Virus record (IMG/VR): IMGVR_UViG_3300034104_003795 | Span: 209,998 to 273,997 of that record | Strand: one strand, 5' to 3' | Length of the DNA: 64,000 nucleotides | Shown: one piece after another, positions 9,001-15,497 of the stretch | How the letters are laid out: each line of letters opens with the position of its first letter | Position numbering within the stretch: the first letter of the stretch is position 1 | Program-made: the position numbers and the translations under genes | Notes under the pieces: model-generated | The model's database searches: none | What the model saw: the letters and a program-made list of their open reading frames with translations, nothing else | What the model was told of the DNA's origin: nothing

Positions 9001-11846
9001 CCTAATTGCCCAACACCATCTCCATCTCCTTGTACAATTGCCAATGAAGGATATAAATAATAGTATTCACCGGCAGTTATACCTCTTTCATTACCACCAT
9101 ATTTTACATCAGTTGCTACCGCATCTAATATATAACCAGTATCACGTCTACACTTTACTTCGTTGTAATAAAAATTAGACCAAGATGATGATAGATAAGT
9201 TATAACTTCATTTTGTATAAATGTTCTATTATCCCTGATTGTATCCCAAACATCCACTACTTCATTGTTTGGTTCTACATATACCCTACCTCTAATCAAA
9301 TTTAATGCAACACCCGCTGCGTGCTTAACTGCAGTTAATGTTGGTCCTAATTGTGTTGTAGTTGCTTCGGATGGAAATTGATAATAGAATAAACCATTTC
9401 TAATACTTTCTTCATTACCCCCAAAAAGTAGGTCTTTTGCTACACCATCAATAATATATCCAACATCTCTTTTACAAGTTTCTTCTGGATAGTAAAATTC
9501 ACTCCAAGAAGAAGATACAAATTGAATAACTTCATCTTTAATAAATTCTTTATTATTTACTAATATTTCGTATGCAGTTATGATATCAATAGCAGTTTTA
9601 GCTATTGAACCACTTTGTATTGTGGCTGGATATGTTAATGTATTTCTAATTAATTCAAATGGGGTTGTAGATGAATTTACTATGTTAATTTCACCACCCA
9701 TAGAACTTCTATTCTGTGATACATAATATAATTTATTTGGTGCATTATATGGTACTGTAAAGGTTATTGTACCTCTACTATCACCATTATTAACCATGCC
9801 AATATTATAATCAAATTTCTCACTAATACCTTCTATTTGTTGTGTTCTAATCCAAAATGGATATTCAATTCCACCAAATGTTTCTATTGCATCTACATTG
9901 AATTTGTAGGTTTCTCCTCTAAATAAAGTTAATGTAGGATTACTACCAATTCCTTCAAAATCAAATGAAGAACTATTTGTATTTGTTATTACAAATGATT
10001 TTTGGTGATTCTCTGGTATTGGTAAAATATTACTACCAGTACCATTTGCTAAAATGTTATAAACAATACTGAAACTGGCACTTACCGAATTTATTGTTGC
10101 TAATGATGATGTCACACCAAGCATTACTTGTTCGGTATTACCAGCTTTAATACTAGCACTTGTATTTGAGATAAACGTTGGTTTAGCAGAAAGGCCTGAT
10201 TTAATAATATTAATTATATTGTTAAACGATGCACTTACCGATGAAGTATAGTTTGTTGCTACACTCCCTATTGGTTGTATAACATCATTACCTATTTGTC
10301 TACTTGCACTTGTGTTTGGTCTAAAATTAAACGAACCCGTACCATTTGCCAATATACTCAAAATAGCGGCATAAGATGCACTTATTTGAACTAAATCCGC
10401 ATTTGATGCCGATATAGATGATGTTATTTGCTCTGCTCCTAAAATATTATAAGGAGAATCAAATCCATATCCTTTTATAGAACTCTTTGCCAATAAAGTT
10501 GGAAAGTTTGATACCCCACTATCAACAATTGCACTTATTAATTTATAATCAGCCGATATTTCTTCCGCCGCAGCAGTTGATAATGAAGTTCCAGCAGATA
10601 CTCTACTTTGTGTATATAATGCCGGAGAAGTTAAACGAATACCTTCATCGGTATTTAATTTTGTTATTGTAGGTAATCCGTTTTCCAATCCTTTATTTAA
10701 TACATCTACAACACAACTCCAAGTTCCTCTAACAGAATCTCTAGCAGCAATATTACCACCACTACCAGAAATAAAACGAGAACCGGATGCATACATACCA
10801 TACAAACCAAACGAAATGTTTGAGTTGTTTAGGGTAGCATGTCCACCATTATTTACTCTAATAGAATAATATGAGAAGTTATTAAAGAAAGATACCAACT
10901 GAATGAAACCTCTACCATTTACCAAACATCCTACACCATTTGGAGAAATCTGCGTATAAGCATCCAATACCATTGAAGCTAGTGGAGAATCTGGATCAAT
11001 TACATCACCATTAACATAAAGACCTCCGCCGCCTGGTGGAATATCCTCATAAAGTTCGGTGAATGAATTTTCTTGGTTTGAAATTTGTGAACAGTTCTGA
11101 ACATATGGAGAAGTTGTAATAAATGCTCCAGGTTGAAACGCCACCGCAAATCCTTTTTCAGGATTTATTTGGTCTGGAAATAATCTCAAACCACCCATCG
11201 TTACCTCTGCAATATAACATCCAGAGTTTACATAGAAAAGGTCTTCTGTGGGGTTTTTCGCGTTAATCTTGGTGATACGCAAACCGGCACCCCAAATGGT
11301 TGTGTTTTTAGGAAGAATCACAGGATTATCCTCTAAATACGTTCCAGCCTGTACCTTGATTACATATCCATTGAATATTGAACCAGTATCAAATCCATAT
11401 CTACCATCATACCCCGGAGATGCCAATGAAGCCGCTCTTTTAATTGTACGAAGTGGATATTGAATACTTCTACCATCGTTTGTATCATCACCATCGGTAG
11501 AAGATACATAAAGAGTTGGAACGTTAGCACCAAAATCTTTTGCAAGAATACCAGCATATCGTTGAGTATCAACTGCCAATAAAGTGTTCGATGCGGTAAC
11601 CGCAAGAACAGTTTCAGGTGCCGCAACTTTTAATTGTCCATCAATTGTTAATGAGCCAGTTAAAAAAACCGAACCAGTTATTTCACTTTTAGAACCCGTT
11701 TCTGTTCCTAAAAAGAAACTTTTAGATACGAATAATGAGCCAGATATAATGGCATCGTTTCCAACATTAACGTTTTGTCTAATGTTAAGTGAACTACTTA
11801 TATCCTGTTGTTCTTCAATTTGTTTACGTGGTATCAGTCTTGCCAT
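1..11846 (-). CDS. Giant virion structural/fibre-like repeat protein (>=3948 aa, C-terminus beyond the left edge; absent from ORF track)
   Basis: ATG at 11846 overlaps the upstream stop (TAATG). Translates MARLIPRKQIEEQQDISSSLNIRQ...; includes LYVSSTDGDDTNDGRSIQYPLRTIKRAA (start of a pectin-lyase-like beta-helix typical of phage fibres) and ~21 KCxRDxGYIIDAVxTDLLYGGNERS repeats. The same frame checked open at ~11846, ~9700, ~4100 and 3-60; not every codon was checked. Confidence 0.85.
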   Translation of the reverse strand, partial: MARLIPRKQIEEQQDISSSLNIRQNVNVGNDAIISGSLFVSKSFFLGTETGSKSEITGSVFLTGSLTIDGQLKVAAPETVLAVTASNTLLAVDTQRYAGILAKDFGANVPTLYVSSTDGDDTNDGRSIQYPLRTIKRAASLASPGYDGRYGFDTGSIFNGYVIKVQAGTYLEDNPVILPKNTTIWGAGLRITKINAKNPTEDLFYVNSGCYIAEVTMGGLRLFPDQINPEKGFAVAFQPGAFITTSPYVQNCSQISNQENSFTELYEDIPPGGGGLYVNGDVIDPDSPLASMVLDAYTQISPNGVGCLVNGRGFIQLVSFFNNFSYYSIRVNNGGHATLNNSNISFGLYGMYASGSRFISGSGGNIAARDSVRGTWSCVVDVLNKGLENGLPTITKLNTDEGIRLTSPALYTQSRVSAGTSLSTAAAEEISADYKLISAIVDSGVSNFPTLLAKSSIKGYGFDSPYNILGAEQITSSISASNADLVQISASYAAILSILANGTGSFNFRPNTSASRQIGNDVIQPIGSVATNYTSSVSASFNNIINIIKSGLSAKPTFISNTSASIKAGNTEQVMLGVTSSLATINSVSASFSIVYNILANGTGSNILPIPENHQKSFVITNTNSSSFDFEGIGSNPTLTLFRGETYKFNVDAIETFGGIEYPFWIRTQQIEGISEKFDYNIGMVNNGDSRGTITFTVPYNAPNKLYYVSQNRSSMGGEINIVNSSTTPFELIRNTLTYPATIQSGSIAKTAIDIITAYEILVNNKEFIKDEVIQFVSSSWSEFYYPEETCKRDVGYIIDGVAKDLLFGGNEESIRNGLFYYQFPSEATTTQLGPTLTAVKHAAGVALNLIRGRVYVEPNNEVVDVWDTIRDNRTFIQNEVITYLSSSWSNFYYNEVKCRRDTGYILDAVATDVKYGGNERGITAGEYYYLYPSLAIVQGDGDGVGQLGQTVDGIRYASGLVDNLLKGKTFTSPNASTLSAYNNLINNKELIQNETIQFINVAFPNLKYNQATCRRDVGYIVDNVATDLLYGGLERGVIAGRYYYDFPSQATRTQKSSTIAGIRYAKIIGDTIVQNQILDTPRIVYNDERNFRLSGLTNITSSFGGGTIEQTSVGNSFSIIEGIVARGLGSIKSLLAQNTGLNWNKYNPINVTTGSQITSSYTTPDEVDKIGKSFDIVNTIIGGGLAAEPLFTSSQANAIAVTGTPQITASLAVSGSVGNSISESIAYVATIITNGTGSLGTLVSNLNSNIKVTNTPQYITGSGYYGTSTESTQLSSSIKVITDILEGGLSFVPTLISNVSASIKVTNTPQYISASYSASVNDVNFISASISIVTKIIEGGEFSAPTFQPYTNRITSSNSVAVYEILKNNIPFIQNETIAYLSSSWAGFEYDETKCKRDLGFILSGSAEDLIWNANSASIFNGLFYWEYPSQAQGAQLQQTLDGINYASRLAQKVIQNIEFTTVSANSLNAASLLVNNKTFIQDETIAYLSSSWSEHPYNELTCKRDVGYIIDAIRTDLVYGGNERSRNAGIFYYLYPSEATGSQLLPTLDGINYAGRMIQKIVTGSVFVSADGNKVNASNLILRNKNLIANEVVAYVSSSWSTAEYNQAKCLRDTKYILDAVRTDLVYGGNERTRFAGEYYYRYPSAAIVGGVPSATQQLDTTITGVNYANQLVQNIITNVVLSAPPTSVLNAASLLKTNRAFLQQNTVDYANETYPNLDYIESKCYRDAGFIVDAVITDLVYGGNERSITAGRFYYLYPSQATGVQSEETIDSLNFTKGLAKLVAIGGKEIEDGFDIVSKVIESGSNTAPNVVLNTIAGIKATNAQQITSSISVVTNDKSIVSASFGNILNIVSNGTGSIPTTIVKNTNRGINFIGGTQITSSITPSNSEKAKVTTGFDIVLDIVENGTGSIPTIVTNVNSLIKRTTTNSYITTASISSTYLTSSNNNFNIVLDIVENGTGSLPTLIKNVDGLVKITDTNQYTSSVIISSSLARNISASFDTIINILENGTGSLPTITSNVNNIKVTDATQYLGGTPATQTQANAISASISIVTNIIANGTGSLPIVTLYTSSISSSNVIAAYTILKNNLDFIVSESIAYLSSSWSTASYDESKCKRDLGFILSGSAEDLLFNANSASVFNGVYYYQFPSQAQGAQLNQTLDGINYASRLAQKIVLNTLFVTQSAQIKDAYSLLVNNKELIKNEVIPYISSSWSTHQYVESTCKRDIVHIIDAVSTDLLYGGNERTINAGVFYYKYPSEATGSQIQETVTGIEYARDIAFKILRGNTFTKVSQNKLQAKELIYNNREFIQNEVISYVSASWSTTSYNELTCKRDVGHILDAVTTDIVYGGNQRSINAGVFYYEYPSQATTSQLGATLSGIKHAKGLTDKILKNSTFASASNSNLSAYELIFNNKSFIQDETIAYLSSSWSTFPYNQTTCKRDIGYILDAVATDILYGGNERVAEAGEYYYLYPSLATVGNDGDTGGQLNQTLDGIKYAKGITEKIVANILLQSPTTSELTGFNLLTDNKKFIQSESIAYLSSSWSGDDGFSYNETTCKRDIGYIIDAVRTDLLYGGNERSSKAGEYYYLYPSAAILTGSISPTTETQKGPTLDGIQYVAGTAQNVISNKVLIAPTGFVTSSVNLLRQNKRFIQNETVQYIDAFFPNLVYLREKCRRDVGYILDAVITDTFYGGNQRSVIAGQYYYLYPSLATKSTQVRETVEGVEYAKVLAKAIAQNIKLNSPALTTNTDGNIKVTDTTQYTTPLSASINEVNQISSSFALVTNIIENGLSTIPTIVENGNGLIKITNTTQYSSSISASGAELDIITSSFKHVADIIENGVAFVPDSLARNYNYGFELSTPTLLHISSQEQIIGTGSYDLAIQITNVSSSYGTVVDVLKNGVSVLPTLVASTSSSLKVTNANPIRQDISASSFDTNKIASGFDLILNVIENGTSVLPTIVSNTSASIKVTDTPQLISGSAAGRLQGKLISASLSLVIDVLLNNGTSSIAYRPSTFPIANTNAKINSAYNLLVSNSKFIVDETIAYMSSSWSGFEYTQSKCERDLTGILSGSAFDLLYGGNSASLFNGKFYFDFPSQATGSQLDQTITAIKYASGLAEKVVLNIPFTHISASINQPTSASWNSLRANKGFIQSESIAYLSSSWGDFDYNEITCKRDIGYIIDAVATDLLYGGNERSVVAGRYYYDFPSQATDSQLEPTLTGVRYAKGTAMNVVVNKEIFTSSLEVQYTYDLIKANKRFIQSESIAFVNVKYPNLDYSESKCYRDLGYIIDGVATDLLYGGNERSRKNADYYYEFPSQANGSGSQVVETVEAIKYAARITTASISSILIGTPSVIPNTLANIKVTNAQQFITSSLFGTITEANAISASISIVTDIVRNGTGSLPTLIPYTTASVDTNVIYAYNLLKANIGFIVSESIAYLSSSWSTASYDESKCRRDLGFILSGSAEDLLFNANSASIFNGVFYYLYPSQAQGAQLNQTLDGINYASRLAQNIVQNVTYVTASANVSASYELIRNNREFIQNETIAYISSSWSTASYDEVTCKRDVGHIIDAVSTDLLYGGNERSTNAGVFYYLYPSQAQGSQLQPTLTGVNYAGQTSKNVATSLTYVTASQIISASVNLLRNNREFIQNETLAYLTASWSTFEYDKDKCKRDVGYILDGVTTDLLYGGNERTVLNGEFYYLYPSLAIVEGDGDGLGQLGQTVDGINYASRLAQKVAQNIVFVTASLEASASFDLLRKNKAFVAEETIKYVSSSWSSVYYNETTCKRDVGYLIDAAATDVLYGGQERSLIAGQYYYLYPSNAINAGVPSTKNQLDPTLTGIRYAGKVSKKVITNPTYLVPSASLLTTAKLLTDNKELIQKETITFLSSSWSNLKYNEVSCSRDLGFIIDAIRTDLVYGGNERSIEAGSYYYKFPSVAIVDSYGDNNGQ
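60..9500 (-). repeat. ~21 copies of a ~110-aa repeat (core CxRDxGYIIDAVxxDLLYGGNERS..AG.YYY.YPS) interleaved with blocks of shorter ~40-aa repeats
   Basis: Core motifs near 91, 436, 781, 1105, 1435, 1945, 2270, 2605, 3765, 4115, 4470, 4790, 5120, 5445, 6610, 6955, 7280, 7605, 8750, 9095, 9418; spacing ~325-350 nt within blocks. Confidence 0.85.
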
Positions 11847-12232
11847 TATAGTATATCAGATATTTTACCTTTTATTTCAAAATCAGTTGCCACAACGGAA
11901 GCAGGAGCTAATGTTATAGGAACAATAAATGTAACCTCTATATTATTTTCATCTACACGAATTTCATATCTATCTTGAGGTTGTTTTACTCCAAATAAAT
12001 ATACATCAATATAATCTTTCACACTATCTATTTCCAAAATATCTATATTAAACTTTTTATCTAAAAGATATAATGTAAATAGTTGTCCACTTTCATCTAA
12101 ATTTATATAATCTGGACTAAATGAATATATGAATGTATCAATATTAACATCTAAAACAAATTGTTTAAATGCCAATCTATCTCTTTTTTGAAGAATATTT
12201 GATTTGTTGATATTTGGTACTTTTCTCGCCAT
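11846..12232 (-). CDS. Hypothetical protein, probably virion-associated (128 aa)
   Basis: ORF track; translationally coupled to both neighbours; shares a YxxG...Y beta-module with the upstream two genes. Confidence 0.7.
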   Translation of the reverse strand: MARKVPNINKSNILQKRDRLAFKQFVLDVNIDTFIYSFSPDYINLDESGQLFTLYLLDKKFNIDILEIDSVKDYIDVYLFGVKQPQDRYEIRVDENNIEVTFIVPITLAPASVVATDFEIKGKISDIL

Positions 12233-12588
12233 TATTTAATAATTTCTACATCACCGGTTATTTTTACTTCATCCGATTCAATTAAAGCATATGGATTTCC
12301 AAAACGGTCAAATTCTGGAAACTGACTTCTAATGAATTTTAAAAATAATCCATTTCCCTCTGGTTCTAAAATATAATCCGCTTCTCTAATAAATAAACCA
12401 TTTATAAAAATATCATATCTCGCGGTTGATTTTCTAAACTTGGTAAGTGGTTCATATAAAGTTTTAATTCTAACATTATCAAGTTTATAAATCCAATAGT
12501 AAGGATGTGACAAATCATATGAAAAAAATTCATATTCATTTGGCTCATTCACTTCTTTCATTATATTTTTTAATAATTTTATGTTCAT
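12232..12588 (-). CDS. Hypothetical protein, probably virion-associated (118 aa)
   Basis: ORF track; overlaps flanking genes; RYDIFINGLFIREADY module. Confidence 0.7.
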   Translation of the reverse strand: MNIKLLKNIMKEVNEPNEYEFFSYDLSHPYYWIYKLDNVRIKTLYEPLTKFRKSTARYDIFINGLFIREADYILEPEGNGLFLKFIRSQFPEFDRFGNPYALIESDEVKITGDVEIIK

Positions 12589-13643
12589 AGCTCTTGGAAT
12601 TTACCAGTTATTAAAATTTCATCGGCAACTTCTATTGGATATGCTAACGTAAATGTAAATGTAATTTCTTTAGTATTACCATCATAAGAATATGTGTAAT
12701 ATGTTGGAGATATAAAATCACCATTTAGATAAACTCTAAACCAATTGACAATATCAAATACACCAATCAACTCATTTGGTAAAACTGGTTGTTTTACATT
12801 TATCAATTTAGCAGTTGTAGAATTAACAAACACAGCTTGTTGATGACCTCTTATTGCAATAAAATTTACAACATCTGCATATTCTTGATACACATTTAAT
12901 CCTGCAAATTTTCCACCAGAAAGGTCTGTTTCAACTCCCCAAACAACTCTTTTTGGACTAAATGATTTATTCATAGTTGGTTTGTTATCAACAATTTCAG
13001 GTAAAAGATATGCGTTTACAGTTGTAGTAAATGAAGTTCTAATAACTCTTTCAGCTCCTTGTGCAACTTCTTGTGAAGTTTCAAAAGAACTAATTGAACT
13101 TTTAAATTTAAAACCATCTTCCATTCCCCAATATCTTTCACTTTGATTTTGAAATGCTTCAACCAACACGTTCATATGTTCAGTAAAGGATGTCCAAATT
13201 ACCATTTCATATTGTATAGTTACATATGATGGAATTGATACACTATAAATTTCATAAACAGGTTGAGCACCGGTCATTATTGAAAATCTATCATACCTAT
13301 TTTTTGCAGAATATTTTTTAGCATATTGTATTGTTCCCGCCTCTTTGAAAACTGGCATAGATTCATTCTTTTGAATACTACTTCTTCTGAACATTATCAT
13401 TGGGATTTGAATTCTGCCTCTCGCATCTCTTAAATACCCCTGCTTTCTTGCTCCTTCCCATCTTTCCGCATTACCATAAATTAAAGGAACTTTTAACAAA
13501 TTTCCATTTTCTTCCAAATTTGGAATAATAACTTTAGACATATAATCAGCTATTGCAGAATCAACATCTATAATCTTAACTCCTTTTTGGAATTGTTTAT
13601 CTATTGATAATTGTTTGGCCCTATTTGTTTCTCTTTTTTCCAT
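12585..13643 (-). CDS. gp15: Tail terminator / sheath stabiliser, T4 gp15-like, with C-terminal extension
   Basis: KVPLIYGNAERW...IPMIMFRRSSI resembles the gp15 VPL.YG...LP.M.F motif; follows gp13/gp14-like genes. Confidence 0.7.
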   Translation of the reverse strand: MEKRETNRAKQLSIDKQFQKGVKIIDVDSAIADYMSKVIIPNLEENGNLLKVPLIYGNAERWEGARKQGYLRDARGRIQIPMIMFRRSSIQKNESMPVFKEAGTIQYAKKYSAKNRYDRFSIMTGAQPVYEIYSVSIPSYVTIQYEMVIWTSFTEHMNVLVEAFQNQSERYWGMEDGFKFKSSISSFETSQEVAQGAERVIRTSFTTTVNAYLLPEIVDNKPTMNKSFSPKRVVWGVETDLSGGKFAGLNVYQEYADVVNFIAIRGHQQAVFVNSTTAKLINVKQPVLPNELIGVFDIVNWFRVYLNGDFISPTYYTYSYDGNTKEITFTFTLAYPIEVADEILITGKFQEL

Positions 13644-14098
13644 TATACAGTTCTCATTTCAGTTTGGATATTACTTCTTCTGCTCATAAACGTAGAACAA
13701 ATAATTGAAAATTTATTATCAACTTGTCCACCAATTAATTGGTCTTCTCTAACATTATCAATTTCAAAATATCCATTATTATGAAAAATAATATCACCAA
13801 CTTCAGGATAAAATCCTTTATCTTCTAACGTAAATCGGTTAAAACGAAATTCTACCAATTGATTTTTATCTGGCCCGAATCCTTCATACTCGGTAGTTGC
13901 ACTTTCTCTTTCAATCATAGCAGTACACTCTAATCCTTGATAGTATGTTTTATTTAAAGATTCTCCGTATAAATTAGTTTTACTATCTTCTATGATTAGT
14001 TTATATAAAACCACACTAGTTTCAACAACAACATCAACCAATTCTCTGGCTATGCTCTCAAAGAACCTTATATCTCTTGATAATGCAAATCTCGCCAT
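13643..14098 (-). CDS. gp14: Neck protein, T4 gp14-like
   Basis: Lies between gp13- and gp15-like genes; NLYGES..KTY motif; head-closure-like size. Confidence 0.6.
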   Translation of the reverse strand: MARFALSRDIRFFESIARELVDVVVETSVVLYKLIIEDSKTNLYGESLNKTYYQGLECTAMIERESATTEYEGFGPDKNQLVEFRFNRFTLEDKGFYPEVGDIIFHNNGYFEIDNVREDQLIGGQVDNKFSIICSTFMSRRSNIQTEMRTV

Positions 14099-14102
14099 AA
14101 TA

Positions 14103-15269
14103 TTAACCTATATAAATTGCTAAAGGTACTTTTCGTAACATTTCTTGATGTGCAGTAGCTTCCGTGTTTCTATTTTCAAACTGCTTTGTTCTACTTAATT
14201 CTTCCAAAGTTTCTCTTAATTGTGTCATAAGAGATTCTTTTTCCGTTTGAGCTTCACTTCTTAATGCAGCTCCATCTAATTGAATTTCTGCTCCAGGTAT
14301 TGGAATTTGTGAATATTTTTCTCTCACAGCACCTAACATTTCTTTTACCAATGCAAGTGTATATTTTCTAATCCATTGTTTACCCACATCATTAATACCA
14401 CCGTATTCCATAAAATCATAAGGAATATCAGAATAATCAGAAATCACATCCGGTGTTACGTTTGTAGAGTTGGTCACAAATTCATCTCTTACAAAATAAT
14501 CAAAATGCAATTTTCCATAAAGATTAATATGCTGTGTAGTTGGTCTTGGGAATACTCTAATTTTACCATTTACAATATTAAAAGTAAATGCCGATTTTCT
14601 GAATTGGTCATTAAATTCAATTGCTTGAATTCTCAACATATCTTCAAATATTGGCATTAATATAAATTGTGCTGCTGGAGAGTAAGAACCAAATCCAAAT
14701 TCATCAATAAGGTTTAACGTACCTTGTCCACTTACCGAATATGGGTCAAAGAATCTATTAATTGCAGGTACCGGGTCGTGAAATACTTTAACAATTTCAA
14801 TACGCTTTCCACTTTCAGAAACCGCACTCCAAAGAGTATCTAAATCATATTCTTGTTGTCCGGCCTGTAATTCTATGTACCCTTTCTTAATATCGGTATT
14901 TCCACCAACTCCGGCTAAAGTTCCATACGCATCAGAAATACCAATTAAAGTTGGTAGATTTGAACCCTGAACTAATTTGCTTGAAAGATTTGTACTTTTA
15001 GATTTTCCCCTTAAAGTATCCAAATTATTACGAATGTTGAATTGGTTTACTTGCGCACCATATTCCGATACGGCTTCTTCCAAACAAGCGTAAAAATTTT
15101 CATCTAAAAGTTCTATATTTTGAATAGGATACCCCAATCTTCTAGCACACCACAGTGCCACCTTTGGAGCTTCTTCTTGAAAGATATAATCATCATCGTA
15201 TATTCCAAAGGGAGTTTGTCCCGGAAAGAACGAAGATGAACCAGGATATATTAATGTTTCTAATGCCAT
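14103..15269 (-). CDS. gp13: Neck protein, T4 gp13-like
   Basis: RRLGYPIQNIEL, WIRKYTLALVKEMLG...KY, IQLDGAALRSEAQTEKESL match gp13-family motifs. Confidence 0.75.
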   Translation of the reverse strand: MALETLIYPGSSSFFPGQTPFGIYDDDYIFQEEAPKVALWCARRLGYPIQNIELLDENFYACLEEAVSEYGAQVNQFNIRNNLDTLRGKSKSTNLSSKLVQGSNLPTLIGISDAYGTLAGVGGNTDIKKGYIELQAGQQEYDLDTLWSAVSESGKRIEIVKVFHDPVPAINRFFDPYSVSGQGTLNLIDEFGFGSYSPAAQFILMPIFEDMLRIQAIEFNDQFRKSAFTFNIVNGKIRVFPRPTTQHINLYGKLHFDYFVRDEFVTNSTNVTPDVISDYSDIPYDFMEYGGINDVGKQWIRKYTLALVKEMLGAVREKYSQIPIPGAEIQLDGAALRSEAQTEKESLMTQLRETLEELSRTKQFENRNTEATAHQEMLRKVPLAIYIG

Positions 15270-15325
15270 TATAAGTACTTATTTTAATCGTTACCTATAA
15301 ATATTAGAAATGAAAAGAATAGTGT

Positions 15326-15496
15326 TTAGTATCCAACTCTTGATTTATATGCAGCATGTAGTGTTTGGATATCTGCTAATGTCAATGCTCCATTATATAC
15401 TTTCACAAATGCCACATCCCCAGTCACAGGTTCACTACTTAATATGGAAGTTGTAAATCTACCAAATAATCTTAAACCATTAAATGCAATATTCAT
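15326..15496 (-). pseudogene. 56-aa ORF resembling only the C-terminal part of a LamG/ConA-like domain (fragment; below ORF-track cutoff)
   Basis: Hand translation MNIAFNGLRLFGRFTTSILSSEPVTGDVAFVKVYNGALTLADIQTLHAAYKSRVGY*; GDVAFVKVYNGALT..DI..L...YK.R.G matches the usual LamG C-terminal motif G.I..V.IYN.AL...EI...Y...K.R.G. Confidence 0.55.
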
Positions 15497-15497
15497 A

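Noticed and set aside
60-9500. Possible diversity-generating retroelement (repeat pairs in fibre-like genes)
   Set aside because: No reverse transcriptase in the window, and repeats differ at all bases rather than specifically at adenines.
545-11919. Short plus-strand ORFs and the 88-aa minus ORF (11360..11626) in the track
   Set aside because: Antisense or alternate-frame shadows of the giant minus-strand ORF; no recognisable motifs.
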